Assembly: GCA_965368975.1 (NCBI GenBank)
Contig: CBDUPA010000006.1
Location: forward strand, 222,511 to 286,510
Length of the DNA: 64,000 bases
Reading direction: 5' to 3'
From: an uncultured bacterium
GTDB taxonomy: Bacteria; Acidobacteriota; Thermoanaerobaculia; Multivoradales; JAHZIX01
The stretch's first letter is position 1, and each line of letters begins with the position of its first letter. The notes beneath the pieces are model-generated. The model ran no database searches and was not told the origin of the DNA. It was given only the letters and a program-made list of their open reading frames with translations. This document shows positions 1 through 10,087 of the stretch, piece after piece. The translations under genes and the position numbers were made by a program.

Positions 1-2888
1 ACCCGTCGACGCCACTGGTAGACCATGCGCTGGTCGTCGTCGGGGCGCAGGCGCACGCTGCACACCAGGCCGAGCATCAGTGCCTGGATGAACAGGCGCC
101 AGGCGACCTGGAAGGTGGGCAGCTGCTGCGTGCTGTAGGGCAGGATGGGCTGGAATTGGTGGTAGTCCTGGTGGATGTGCAGCGGTGTGTCGCGCGCCAC
201 CAGGGAGTCGTAGTGCTTGCGCAGCTCGGAGACCTCGCTCAGGTAGTAGACCGGGAAGGCGTTGAGTTCGCTGTAGAAGATCAGCTCGCACGGCTCGTAG
301 GCCTGCACACGGCGCGGCTCGAAGGGGGCGTCGGCATACTGCTGCAGGAAGTCGACCAGCTCCTGGACCACTTCTTCCTCGTGCGGCTGGCCGGTGGTGG
401 TGCAGCCGATGAAGGCATCGCCGTGCGGTTGGTGCAGGTTGACCAACTCGTCGGCCTGGTTCTTGCTGCCCCAGGGCAGGCCCTTCTCGTATAGCTGCTC
501 GAACAGGTCGCGCCGCTTGGGACGATCGTAGTACTTGCCGAGCACGGCGCACAGTGAGTGCCGTTCGATGAAGCCGTCGACGGCGTCTTCCGGATCCTCG
601 ACGAAGGCGGCGGTGCGCCCCTTGTCGCCGCGCAGGGCGTAGAAGGCTTGCGCCGCCAGCTCGTCGCGGAAGTCTTCGAACTCGGCGTTCAACTTGTCGC
701 CGATACGTTGCAGCGTGTCGAGGCCCATGCGCCGCAGCGCGCGGTCGAGCACCAGCTGCAGGCGTTCGATCTTGGTCTCTCGCGCGCGTCCGAGGTAGGG
801 CTCGAGCAGGTCGCCCATCTCGCCCGGTACGTCGATCTCGACGATCACCGATGACTCTTGGGGCTGGGCGTAGAACTCGGCCAGCCGCTGGTACTCGGAC
901 TCGAGCAGGAACATGCGCTCGGCGATGCGTTCGAGGTTGCCGAGCTGGTCGCGCAGGACGTCGCGGATGCCGTCGACGGCGCGCTTGCCCTCGCCGCAGA
1001 TCAGTTCGTTGGCCTCGGCGCGCCAGTAGTCGTAGAAGGCTTCCGAGGCGCGCTGCACGGCGGCCTCGTGGGTGTCGACCGCGGAACCGAAGCCGCGCGA
1101 GGCGCGGTCGGCGTTCTTCAACCGCTTGTGCCAGTTCTGCAGCTCGATGTCGGCGCGTCCGCGCAACTTTTCCTGCTGCTGCTTGAAGTAGTCGCCGTAG
1201 AAGGCCTGGTCGGCGGGACGGTCGAGCAACTCGAGCAGGTCGCGCAGGATGGCCATGACACCTGAGATGCCGACCGCCGGACGGCGGCGGAAGTCCTCGA
1301 TCACCTTGGGCAGCGCCGTGTGCACCTCGTCGATCAGTTCCTTGCGATTCTGCCGGATGCGGCGCACCCAGTCGCCCTCACTGCCCGGGGAGTTGGGGTC
1401 GCCCCACAGGCTGGCGACGCGCTTGAAGACGTCCTCGCCCAGCTCGACGGTGGCCTTGTCGGTGTACATGTTCTCGGCCAGGCCGTTGATCTCTTCCTGG
1501 AAGCGGCGCAAGTGCTGGTAGACGTCGCTGACGTGGCCGCCGGCACCGCTCTGGCGCGCCAGACGGTCGCGGATCTGCCAGTGACGGCGACGACCGGCGT
1601 CGGTCTCGCGGTCGCCCTGGAAGAAGCCGGATTCGAAGCAGAAGCGGTCGCGGTGGTGGGTGATCACGTCCTTGAGACCGCCGACGCGGCCCGGGTCCAT
1701 CAGCCCCACCATCAGCCCCGCCAGGTCGTACTTGCAGCGGTTGAGCAGACGCCAGGACGGGAACACCAGCTTGCTCAGGCCGACGGTGGCAAAGGCGTTG
1801 CGCCACTCGTCGGTGTGCGTTTCCTGGGTGCTGCCGTCGGAGCGCTGCAGGCGGTAGGTGTAGGTGACGGCGCTGCGCAGGTATTGCTCGCGGTTGACGC
1901 GCACGCCCTGCACCCAGCCGGCCATCGGCCCGGCGCCAAAGTCGAGGAAGAGGATCTCCCCCAGCGTGCGGTAGCAGTCGTTGAGGTCGCCCAGGTACTG
2001 GCCGGAGGCGTTGGTGCCCGAAATCAGCACGTAGCGGTCGTACAGGCCGCGGACCTCCTGCGCCACCTCGTTGGGTTGCCAGCGGGCGAGGAAGGGGTGT
2101 GTCAGGTAGTGGTTCAGCTCCAGCAACGCGGCGCAGCCGTTGGCCGCCAGCTTGGGGTAGCTCTGCCCCTGTTCGACGTTCTTGAAGCCGCCGGGCAAGA
2201 CCAGGAAGCCTTCGATCTTGGGCTTGGACGTCGAGCCGAGGGTGCGCCGCACCAGTGCCGCGACGTCGAGCACCATGCCCGAGCCGGTACCGCCGGCCAG
2301 GCCCGCGACGATCACCACGCGCACCGGCGACGAGGTGTCGAGGCGGCCGGAGTCCAGGCGGTTGGAGGTCACCTTGCGGTGGGCGCGGTCGAGGCCACTG
2401 GCGATCAACTCGTGGTTGGTGAAGAAGGCGAGGCGCGACAGCGGCCGGATCTGGCCGGCGCCGGCTTCGATCTGGAAATCCTCGCTCGGCAGAGCGCGCT
2501 CGTCCCACCACTCACGGATCTGCGGATGGTGGATGAGGTTGGGGCCGACGTAGTTCTTGAACTCGATCTTGACGTCGACGCGTTCGTCTTTGTCGAAACT
2601 GAGCGCGCGGTCCAGCGGGCTGCGCCGCTCTTCTTCGGCCGAGACTTCTTTGGAACGCACGTCGGTGTCGATGGACAAGAAGGCGGTGCCGTCGAGCGCA
2701 TCGACCGCGCCGTAGCGCTCCAGCAGCATGCGCCGCAGGTGCAGCAGGGCCTTGGCACCGGTGCCGCCGAGGCCGACGAAGATGGTGCGCGGGTAGATGC
2801 CCTTGTCTCGCTTCCGGGCCTCTTCTTCGAGCTTGCGGGAGTAGTCGTCGTCAACGAATTCACCGACGACTTGATACGGATTGGCCAC
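1..2888 (-). CDS. Large tubulin/FtsZ-like GTPase (Tubulin_2 / FtsZl1-like) with a long, probably helical C-terminal region; 3' end lies outside the window
   Basis: Absent from the ORF track because it has no stop in the window. Manual translation from GTG at 2888 (AAGGAGG RBS upstream) gives ...RTIFVGLGGTGAKALLHL...FLSIDTD and the tubulin signature VIVAGLAGGTGSGM (~2275-2320). The same frame still reads as sense at the window start (DDQRMVYQWRR); the middle was not translated codon by codon. Confidence 0.88.
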   Translation of the reverse strand, partial: MANPYQVVGEFVDDDYSRKLEEEARKRDKGIYPRTIFVGLGGTGAKALLHLRRMLLERYGAVDALDGTAFLSIDTDVRSKEVSAEEERRSPLDRALSFDKDERVDVKIEFKNYVGPNLIHHPQIREWWDERALPSEDFQIEAGAGQIRPLSRLAFFTNHELIASGLDRAHRKVTSNRLDSGRLDTSSPVRVVIVAGLAGGTGSGMVLDVAALVRRTLGSTSKPKIEGFLVLPGGFKNVEQGQSYPKLAANGCAALLELNHYLTHPFLARWQPNEVAQEVRGLYDRYVLISGTNASGQYLGDLNDCYRTLGEILFLDFGAGPMAGWVQGVRVNREQYLRSAVTYTYRLQRSDGSTQETHTDEWRNAFATVGLSKLVFPSWRLLNRCKYDLAGLMVGLMDPGRVGGLKDVITHHRDRFCFESGFFQGDRETDAGRRRHWQIRDRLARQSGAGGHVSDVYQHLRRFQEEINGLAENMYTDKATVELGEDVFKRVASLWGDPNSPGSEGDWVRRIRQNRKELIDEVHTALPKVIEDFRRRPAVGISGVMAILRDLLELLDRPADQAFYGDYFKQQQEKLRGRADIELQNWHKRLKNADRASRGFGSAVDTHEAAVQRASEAFYDYWRAEANELICGEGKRAVDGIRDVLRDQLGNLERIAERMFLLESEYQRLAEFYAQPQESSVIVEIDVPGEMGDLLEPYLGRARETKIERLQLVLDRALRRMGLDTLQRIGDKLNAEFEDFRDELAAQAFYALRGDKGRTAAFVEDPEDAVDGFIERHSLCAVLGKYYDRPKRRDLFEQLYEKGLPWGSKNQADELVNLHQPHGDAFIGCTTTGQPHEEEVVQELVDFLQQYADAPFEPRRVQAYEPCELIFYSELNAFPVYYLSEVSELRKHYDSLVARDTPLHIHQDYHQFQPILPYSTQQLPTFQVAWRLFIQALMLGLVCSVRLRPDDDQRMVYQWRRR

Positions 2889-2916
2889 GGTGTGGACCTC
2901 CTTGTGCGTTCAGGCT

Positions 2917-3498
2917 TCAGCTATCCCGGACGATGGCCAGAGTGTAGATCAGATGGATCAGCCAGGCGCCGCCGAGTACCGCCAACCCTACCCAATACGA
3001 AGAATGCCAGCAGTCGGTCAACCAATGGGCCAGGCCGGCGGTGCCGAGGGCGGTGAGCACGACGGTCAGCGAGATGCCGAGGTGGCGACCGAGCATCGAG
3101 TTGCGGTCCTGGGCGATGAAGCGGCGCTCGAACACGCGCACCAGCAGGAAGAAGAGGAGCACGAGCAGGGTCAGGAAACCGACGCCGATCATCACCTTCT
3201 CCTGCGTCGACGGCGGGCAGCACTCGCCGGCCGGGCAGATGCTGCTGCCGATCAGCTCGGCCAGGGACTCTTCCTCACCGCTGCCGGGTGGGGTGATGTC
3301 TTCCGTGGTCACGTCTTCACTGGTCAAGTCTTCACTGGTGACCGTGGTCGGTGGTGGTGCCGGCTCCGGCCCGGTGGCGGGTTCCTGGGCCGAGAGGGGA
3401 CTGATCGTCAGCAAGAGGCTGATCGTCAGCAAGAGGCTGGTCATCAGCAAGAGGGGGAGCAGGCCGGAGACGTGGGTTCGCGAGTGCGCTGAGATCAT
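2917..3498 (-). CDS. Small membrane protein: signal peptide, Pro/Thr/Glu-rich linker, CPAGECC motif, about 3 TM helices
   Basis: 193-aa ORF with a hydrophobic N-terminus and three hydrophobic C-terminal segments; co-oriented inside the operon. Confidence 0.75.
   Translation of the reverse strand: MISAHSRTHVSGLLPLLLMTSLLLTISLLLTISPLSAQEPATGPEPAPPPTTVTSEDLTSEDVTTEDITPPGSGEEESLAELIGSSICPAGECCPPSTQEKVMIGVGFLTLLVLLFFLLVRVFERRFIAQDRNSMLGRHLGISLTVVLTALGTAGLAHWLTDCWHSSYWVGLAVLGGAWLIHLIYTLAIVRDS
3401..3454. repeat. 18-nt in-frame tandem repeat x3 (LL[T/M][I/T]S-type unit in the signal peptide)
   Basis: ctgatcgtcagcaagagg x2 plus ctggtcatcagcaagagg. Confidence 0.9.
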
Positions 3499-3521
3499 GG
3501 GCTAACCTTTCCTAACATGGA

Positions 3522-5597
3522 TTACCAATCGCTGTTGCCGCGACCGCTGATGCCGCGACCCTTCCAGCCGCGGCGCACGTCGAGCCGGTATTCGAAGCCG
3601 TCGCCATCGCCGTGACCGGTGGCCAGAATCCAGCTGCCGCCGTCCTTGCGCAGCCGGTGACCGGGACGGGCCTTGAACCGAGCGCGCGGCCCCCAGCCGC
3701 GGTGCAGACGGGCACGTACGGCGCCGTCGATGTCGAGGTCACGGCGGCTGAGGCGCGGCAAGCTGAGGCGTGCGTGCTCGACGCCGTCCACCCATACGGT
3801 GTACTGCAAGCGCTGGAAACGCAAGACGGCGAGCAGCACCAGTAGCAATAGACTACCGCCGCCGAGCAGCACCAGCAGCCCGAACAGCTGGCCGTTGTTG
3901 GACAGCACCGCGGCGGCCGGATACTCGGCCCACAGGTACCCTTGCTGGCGACCGCGGAAGAGAGCCGGCAGCTGGGCAGTGCCGTAGATGCCCTGCAGCC
4001 GCGCAGGGTCGATCGCCAGGCTGGTGCGGATGTCGCGCATCTCGGCCACCATGCGGCCGTCGAGCAGGATCTGCGGCGTCAGGGCGACGTCCAGCAGGTG
4101 CTGGCGCCCGCCACCCTTGAGACTACTTGCGACGTCGATCGGCGGCAGGCGGAACAGCACCTCGACCGTCGCGCTGCCCAGTGGCGGCAGCGGGCCGACC
4201 TCGATTGGTGCATCGGCACCGCCGCGCGTAGTCGGGCGGCCTTCGCCCTTGACCAGCCACTGCAGTGGCTCCATCTGCCCGGCGCACACGGCCGACGCCC
4301 AGGGCAGGCGCTGGCGCTCGAACGGCTTGCGCGGCAGCATCACCTGGTTGTGCAGGCTCAGGTGTGCGCTGTCGACGCTCTGGTGGCGCAGCGTGTTGCG
4401 CACCCGGATCTCGGCCAGGCACAGCAGCGCGTCGCCGTACTCGGCGCTACGGTCACAGTTGAGCGCCTGGCCGCCGTGCAGCTGGAAGTCGAGACTCAGC
4501 ACTTCGGTGTCGATCGGTTTGAGGCGTAGAGGCACACCGGCGACATCCGGCAAGGTCGCGCTCGGATCCGCGGTAGCGGCGTGCCCTGCGACCTCGGCGG
4601 CGACGTCGCGCAGCGCAGCGTTCCACAACAAGCCGTCGGCGGTTGGGCCGCTTCCTCCCGTGTTGGCTCCTGCGGGCTCGGTACCGCCGAGGCGGTGGGA
4701 GGCGGCGCTGTCCGGCCGCTCGAAGGCTGAGACATACATGCCGTAGACGAACAGTGACGTGCCGCACATCCAGCTGCAGGTCTGCGCTTCGAGCACCGGA
4801 TAGGTGGCGATCATCTGGATGCGCGGATCGACCTTGAGCGTGTTGTAGAAGGCGAGATTGCGCTGCGCGTCTTCGGCACTGACGCCCGCACCGCCGGTGT
4901 CGACGATGTTATCGGTCACCAGCCAGACGATCGCCTCGCCGATCTCGTCCGTGGCCACCGCGGTCACCGTCTCGATCAGCGCCTGCCGGCTCTCCGTGGT
5001 CAAGTAAGCGGTGCCGTCGACCTGCCTCGGGTGTCCCGGGATCTGCGCCAGCCAGTCGGCGATTTGCGCCGCCGAGGCGGTGGAGACGGGGCGCTCGAAG
5101 GTCAGCTGCTCGGCGCCGGTGAAGCGCTCTACGCTGCCGTCGCCGCCCAGGCGCCAGGCGTGGGCGTTGAACAGCAGGATCTCGAGTTGGATGTCCGTGC
5201 CGACCGGGCTGGCGGCGTCGAGCCAGCGGCCGAGCAGCTGGTGGAAACGTGGCAGCTGGTAGTAGAAGGTGCGCTCGGCACACACGGCGCAGCCGGCGTC
5301 CGGCTGGCGGTTGTAGCCGGGGTACATGCTGCCCGAGTAGTCGAGCATCAGGATCATCTTGGTGGGTGCTGGCGCGTCGCCCGCTGCCCGCCGCCGCCGC
5401 AGCACGCCGCCGGCGCTCGGATCCTCGACGGCACGGAAGCTCTGGCGGCGGATCGTACCGTCGGACAGCATGGCCTCGCTCTCGTCCGGGCACACGCGCA
5501 CACTGGCCTCTGTGACGTGTACCGCAGCCGTGCTGAGCACGACCCAGGCCAACGCGATCCCAAAGCCGCGGAAGCCGCGGATGGTCTCAGAATTCAT
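3522..5597 (-). CDS. vWA (MIDAS) domain membrane protein, paralog A
   Basis: Start re-assigned to ATG at 5597 (MNSETIRG; GGAGG upstream). N-terminal hydrophobic signal, MLDYSGSM MIDAS motif, WLVTDNI, and a C-terminal TM followed by a basic tail. Confidence 0.85.
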   Translation of the reverse strand: MNSETIRGFRGFGIALAWVVLSTAAVHVTEASVRVCPDESEAMLSDGTIRRQSFRAVEDPSAGGVLRRRRAAGDAPAPTKMILMLDYSGSMYPGYNRQPDAGCAVCAERTFYYQLPRFHQLLGRWLDAASPVGTDIQLEILLFNAHAWRLGGDGSVERFTGAEQLTFERPVSTASAAQIADWLAQIPGHPRQVDGTAYLTTESRQALIETVTAVATDEIGEAIVWLVTDNIVDTGGAGVSAEDAQRNLAFYNTLKVDPRIQMIATYPVLEAQTCSWMCGTSLFVYGMYVSAFERPDSAASHRLGGTEPAGANTGGSGPTADGLLWNAALRDVAAEVAGHAATADPSATLPDVAGVPLRLKPIDTEVLSLDFQLHGGQALNCDRSAEYGDALLCLAEIRVRNTLRHQSVDSAHLSLHNQVMLPRKPFERQRLPWASAVCAGQMEPLQWLVKGEGRPTTRGGADAPIEVGPLPPLGSATVEVLFRLPPIDVASSLKGGGRQHLLDVALTPQILLDGRMVAEMRDIRTSLAIDPARLQGIYGTAQLPALFRGRQQGYLWAEYPAAAVLSNNGQLFGLLVLLGGGSLLLLVLLAVLRFQRLQYTVWVDGVEHARLSLPRLSRRDLDIDGAVRARLHRGWGPRARFKARPGHRLRKDGGSWILATGHGDGDGFEYRLDVRRGWKGRGISGRGNSDW

Positions 5598-7587
5598 CGT
5601 GCCTCCGGTCCGCCTGCCGCCGCCGCAAGGGGAGTAGTTCCAGCTGGTAGGAGGTGCCGAGCCCGTCGCGCTCGGTGCTCTCCCAGGCGTGGCCCCCGAC
5701 GCTGCGCACCGTGAAGCCGGAAGCGCCGGTGACGCGCGGCCGGCCGCCGAGGCCCAGCTTGGCGCGGGCGATCGAGCGGCCGTCGGTCTGCAGGTCGCTC
5801 CAGCGCCAGCGTACCAGCCGCACGCGGCCGCGCTCACTGCCATCGATGTGCAGCTGGCGGTAGACCGGGCGCAGCCACCAGGTGATGGCGAGGAAGAGCA
5901 GCACGGCCAGCAGCAGGAGCAGCAGCAACAGCAGCGACGCCGTCTGCGTCGGGTTGTGGACGCCCATCTGCAGGCAGATGCTGGTCGCCAGCTCGTCCGT
6001 GCTCGGGTTGCGGAAGATCGCCGGCATCGCCTCGACGCCGTACACCGAGCCGAGCTGGGCGTCCTCGATCACCATGGCGGTTTCGAGGTCGTAGATGTCG
6101 ACGTGCATGGCGCCGAACATGGCGAAGTACTCGTGCTGCGCGTTCTCCCAATAGTCGGCCAGCGTGTGACGCTCGGTGGTCACCGGGCCGACGTCGAGGA
6201 CGATCGGCAGCGTGCGTCGTTCGCCCGGTGCCAGCGGTTCCTCCAGCAGCTTTTCGGCACGTACACTGCCGGCGCACAGGGGCACCGCGGTGTGCAGGCG
6301 CCGGACCTGCTGGCCGGGTAGCTGGCCGTAGGCGTCGGTGCGGCTGTTGTGCAGGACCAGGCGCAGCGACTCGACGGTGCGGTGGGGCAGCAGGTTCTCG
6401 ATCTCCAGGTCGGCCCGGCACTGGCGCGGCTGGCCGACGCGCGCCGGCGGGCAGCGCACCTCGCTGGCGAAGGCCAGGCGCACCACATCCATGTACGCGG
6501 GCTTGAGCTTGAACGGCTCGCCGGGTGATGGAGACTGTGGATCGGCGAAGGTCTCGAAGATCGCTTGGTGGGCCGATGTGCCGAGGCGGGCGCCCGGATT
6601 CTGCGGCCCGGTGAGCTGCTGGTAGGTGCGTTCGTCGAGCCGCTCGCGACTCGAGTAGTAGAGGCCGTAGACCATCAACGTCTGGTCGCATAGCCACGCG
6701 TCACCACCGGCCGGAGCCCGGTGCAGTGGCCAGGCGTAGACCACTTGCCAGCGTGGATCGGATTCGAGGATGCGGTAGAAGCGGCGGTTGAGTTCCGGCT
6801 CGCGGCCGTCGCCGGTCTCGATGATGTTGTCGGTCACCACCCAGGCGACGCCGTCGCGGGCCTCGTAGCTCTCGAACAGCACGCGCAGCGCTGGAAGTAC
6901 GTGGTCGAGACGCGTTTCGCGCGCGTCGCCGAAGCCGGCGCGGAACGGATCTGCGGGCAAGGTGCCGTGCAACTCGGGTGCGGTCAGCCGCTTCAGCGCC
7001 GCTGCGGCGCCGCGCGGTGCGATCGGCAGGCCACCGTCGAAGGCATTGGTGGCTGGATCGAAGCTGTGAGGCCCGGAGGCGTCGTCCAGCGCGGTACCAT
7101 CCAGCGCGATGACCTGGCGGTTGAACACCAACGTGTGGACCGGGTCGCGTTCGCCGACACCACTCAGCAGCCCGTCGCGCAGCAGGGAGGCAAAGCCTGG
7201 ATGGCTCCACAAGTACTGGCGCTGGCCCGAGTCTCCCGCGTCTGTGCAGCGGCGGAACATGCTGCCCGAGTAGTCCAGCACCAGCGCGTGCAGCAGTGGT
7301 CGTCCGTCGCTGTCCGTGGTCTCAGGTCCCAAAGGCAGGGGCGCACCGTCGAGCAGACCCCCGGCCGTGCGGTCGGCGGCGTCGCGTTCCGGGACCAGTA
7401 CGGCGGCCTGGTTGGCGCGGCATTCGCGCACCTTTTCGGCGCCGAAGACCGACTGCGGCGAGCAGGCGTCGCCAGCACCGCGCGGCTCGAACTGTCCGCA
7501 GCCGGTGACGCTGAGCCCGAGGCACAGGGTGCCCAGCCCCAGGAATCCCAGCCTCAGGAGGCCGACTAGTCGCCGGTGGGCAATCAC
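5587..7587 (-). CDS. vWA (MIDAS) domain membrane protein or lipoprotein, paralog B
   Basis: Start re-assigned to GTG at 7587, overlapping the upstream stop. Lipobox-like SVTGC, VLDYSGSM, WVVTDNI, C-terminal TM; collinear similarity to paralog A. Confidence 0.85.
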   Translation of the reverse strand: MIAHRRLVGLLRLGFLGLGTLCLGLSVTGCGQFEPRGAGDACSPQSVFGAEKVRECRANQAAVLVPERDAADRTAGGLLDGAPLPLGPETTDSDGRPLLHALVLDYSGSMFRRCTDAGDSGQRQYLWSHPGFASLLRDGLLSGVGERDPVHTLVFNRQVIALDGTALDDASGPHSFDPATNAFDGGLPIAPRGAAAALKRLTAPELHGTLPADPFRAGFGDARETRLDHVLPALRVLFESYEARDGVAWVVTDNIIETGDGREPELNRRFYRILESDPRWQVVYAWPLHRAPAGGDAWLCDQTLMVYGLYYSSRERLDERTYQQLTGPQNPGARLGTSAHQAIFETFADPQSPSPGEPFKLKPAYMDVVRLAFASEVRCPPARVGQPRQCRADLEIENLLPHRTVESLRLVLHNSRTDAYGQLPGQQVRRLHTAVPLCAGSVRAEKLLEEPLAPGERRTLPIVLDVGPVTTERHTLADYWENAQHEYFAMFGAMHVDIYDLETAMVIEDAQLGSVYGVEAMPAIFRNPSTDELATSICLQMGVHNPTQTASLLLLLLLLLAVLLFLAITWWLRPVYRQLHIDGSERGRVRLVRWRWSDLQTDGRSIARAKLGLGGRPRVTGASGFTVRSVGGHAWESTERDGLGTSYQLELLPLRRRQADRRHDEF

Positions 7588-9296
7588 GAGACCGTCTCCA
7601 GCTGCAAGCGGTAGCAGTGCACGCTCATCCCCTGGCCCAGGAAGACGTCGCGGCCGAGCAGGGCCAGGCCTTGGGGGGCTTCGTAGGCGCCGGGGACACG
7701 AATTCGTGACGGCGTGCCGAGATCGGCCCAGCCCAGGCCCTGGGCGCCCAGGCGCAGGCCATCCTGGAAGCGGGCCAGGACACCCGCCGAGCACACCAGC
7801 GGTGCTTCGCGCGCGCCCTGCAACCGTTGCTCCGGACCGCGCAACGGTTGGAGCACCGAGGCGGCGCTGCTGTAGCGCGGGAAGATCGCCACCATGCGGT
7901 CGGTCGACACCGCCAGCAGATGGCCACCGATGTTCTGCTGGTGGCGCGAGCCGTGGCCGATGGCGAAACCCATCAGGTCGCCGAGTTCGCCCAGGTCCCG
8001 CCGTTCCCAGCTCCACGGCTCGCCGCGCACGATGTCCGCCAGCGTCGCACGCAGCATCTCGACCCGACCGCCGGTCTCACTCGAGACCCACACTTCCGGC
8101 CGCTCGCGCGGGTCCGGCACCACCTGCAGGGTCGGCAGGCTCGAGGGCTCGAGGTCGAGCGGCGACTCGGGCGTGTAGCGGGTCGGCACCAGCTCGCGCG
8201 GCTCACTGTTTGGCTGCAGCAGTCCGTCTGGCTGCAGCAGTCCGTCTGGCTGCAGCAGTCCGTCTAGCTGCAGCAGTGACGTCAGTACCTCGCGCTCCAG
8301 CATCGACACGGTACCGCGACCGTCGACCCACAGTAGCCGACCGGTGGCGGCGTCGAAGGTGGGCGGGCGCATGACGCCGGGCGCCGGGCAGCGTGCCAGC
8401 AGGGTGCCGGCGGGGTTGAATAGCAGAATCTCTCCGTCCGCGAAGGCCTGTCGTTCCAGGTCCGGGCGGCCCTGCAGCAGTGCGAACAGCACGCCGTCCG
8501 CGCTTCCAGCTGGCTGCAGATCCAGCCCCAGCGGGGGTCCCAGAAACTGGCAGCCGGTATCCGGCGGGTGCGCGCGGGTAGGATGTTCGCTCGCCATGCC
8601 GCGGAAGTAGAGGTAGGGCGCGAGGTCGCGGAATACCGCCTGGTGCGCGGCGGCGACCAGCATGCGCGAGCCGCGAAGGACCGGCGGGTGCAGCACGGCG
8701 TGGGCGGGGTCGGTAGGGTCAGTGGAGCGGTCCGGCCACTCCAGGGGGCGCTGTAGCCGTGGCGTGCCGTCCTGGGCGTCGAAGATGCCGAGCCAGCCGC
8801 GCGCGGTGGTGGCGACCACCTGGCCGCGCACCACGTTGACGCCCACCACGTGATCCTCGGAGGTTCCGACGTCGTCGCCGGCTGCCAGCAGGCTGCGCTG
8901 CCAGCCCTCGCGCAGCACGAAGCGTTGATCGGCGCGCGGCGGGCCAAAGATGTTGCCCAGCGGATCGCGCGGGCTGTGCGCACGCCCGGCACTGCCGCCG
9001 GCCTCGTTCCAATCGAGCAATGAATCGCCGCGCAGGGCGCTGCCGGTGCGAGTCGAGAAGGCACTCCAGGGACGTCGATAGACCTCGGCGGCCGCGGTGC
9101 TCTCCGGCGCTGGCTGGTCGTTCTGCTGCTGAACGGCCTCGTAAGGCCGCGCACAGGCGTCGCACCAACCCAGGGCCGGCAGGAAATGCAGCGGCTGCAC
9201 GGGTTGTGCGCAGTCCGGGTAAGGGCAGCGCTCCGGCGGTCGGAAGCGCCGGTTGTCGGGGTCCCACTCGGGGCCGCTGAGGTGTGGACTCTTCAT
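7584..9296 (-). CDS. Zn-ribbon plus beta-propeller-like hypothetical protein
   Basis: Start at ATG 9296 (MKSPHL; ATGA overlap with the upstream stop). CPYPDC...CDAC cysteine pairs, then beta-rich repeats such as GWLGIFDAQDG and LLWVDGRGTV. Confidence 0.7.
   Translation of the reverse strand: MKSPHLSGPEWDPDNRRFRPPERCPYPDCAQPVQPLHFLPALGWCDACARPYEAVQQQNDQPAPESTAAAEVYRRPWSAFSTRTGSALRGDSLLDWNEAGGSAGRAHSPRDPLGNIFGPPRADQRFVLREGWQRSLLAAGDDVGTSEDHVVGVNVVRGQVVATTARGWLGIFDAQDGTPRLQRPLEWPDRSTDPTDPAHAVLHPPVLRGSRMLVAAAHQAVFRDLAPYLYFRGMASEHPTRAHPPDTGCQFLGPPLGLDLQPAGSADGVLFALLQGRPDLERQAFADGEILLFNPAGTLLARCPAPGVMRPPTFDAATGRLLWVDGRGTVSMLEREVLTSLLQLDGLLQPDGLLQPDGLLQPNSEPRELVPTRYTPESPLDLEPSSLPTLQVVPDPRERPEVWVSSETGGRVEMLRATLADIVRGEPWSWERRDLGELGDLMGFAIGHGSRHQQNIGGHLLAVSTDRMVAIFPRYSSAASVLQPLRGPEQRLQGAREAPLVCSAGVLARFQDGLRLGAQGLGWADLGTPSRIRVPGAYEAPQGLALLGRDVFLGQGMSVHCYRLQLETVS
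8212..8277. repeat. 18-nt in-frame tandem repeat x3.7 (LLQPDG)
   Basis: ggctgcagcagtccgtct x3 plus a partial copy. Confidence 0.9.
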
Positions 9297-10087
9297 CGGC
9301 CGACGATCACCTGCGCGCGTTGGGGTTCTTGGTCGGCACGGGCATAGCGACGTCCGACCACCTTGAGGGCGACGACCAGACCGGCCGCTCCGCCGATATC
9401 CCGGCCGCCGAGGGCGTGGTGGCGGTCGGGGTCGAAACGGGTCTCGAACGGCACGACCGGATCCAAGCGGTACCAGCCCTGGCGCTGGCACAGCTGGCCG
9501 AAGTCGTCGTAGAGCCATCCTCGCAGCCGCTTCACCAGGTCGTCGCCGTGGCCCTCGTGGGCTTGCTGCGCCGCGACGGAAAGGTGGCGCGCCAGCTGGT
9601 TGAGCAGTTCCGGCAGGTCACTGTCCGCCCACGCCGCGAGTCGATCAGCTTCGATCGCCTCCACCAGGCGCTGCAGGCGCGTCAGCATCGGCGCGCCAAA
9701 GTCCTGGTGGAGGCGACGTCGCGCTTCGTCGTCGGCGCACAGTGTTGCCAGCTCGGGTGCTTGCTGGTGTAGTCGCAGCAGCAGCAGGCCGATCTCGCCC
9801 TGCGGTAGGCGTTCCAGATCGTGACGAATGGCCTCGTAGTCGACGCCGCTCTGCGTCTCGGCCGCGGGTTCGGTGGGTTTGGTGCCAGGGTGGCTGCCGG
9901 GATGGTTGTCGGTGGACTGGTTGCCGTTGCCGTCGAGAGAAGCGCTGGTCCTGTCGTCGCGCAGGGCTTGCAGGAGCTGGCGGTCTTCCTCCTGCCGGCG
10001 TTCCAGCCGCCGCAGCCTCCAGCCGAGGAGGCCATAGAGGGCGAGCGCCAGGACGGCGAGCAGGGCGGCGAGCAGGGAGGGCATCAT
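9293..10087 (-). CDS. Membrane-anchored GrpE-like nucleotide exchange factor
   Basis: Start at ATG 10087 (ATGA overlap). N-terminal TM, coiled region, and C-terminal FDPDRHHAL...VVGRRY...RAQVIV resembling the GrpE head (FDP.HEA...GY...R.A.V.V). Confidence 0.72.
   Translation of the reverse strand: MMPSLLAALLAVLALALYGLLGWRLRRLERRQEEDRQLLQALRDDRTSASLDGNGNQSTDNHPGSHPGTKPTEPAAETQSGVDYEAIRHDLERLPQGEIGLLLLRLHQQAPELATLCADDEARRRLHQDFGAPMLTRLQRLVEAIEADRLAAWADSDLPELLNQLARHLSVAAQQAHEGHGDDLVKRLRGWLYDDFGQLCQRQGWYRLDPVVPFETRFDPDRHHALGGRDIGGAAGLVVALKVVGRRYARADQEPQRAQVIVGR

Noticed and set aside
1320-3056. 578-aa plus-strand ORF and other plus-strand ORFs in 156-3056
   Set aside because: Antisense shadows of the minus-strand tubulin-like gene; high-GC codon bias keeps the opposite frame open, and they carry no motifs.
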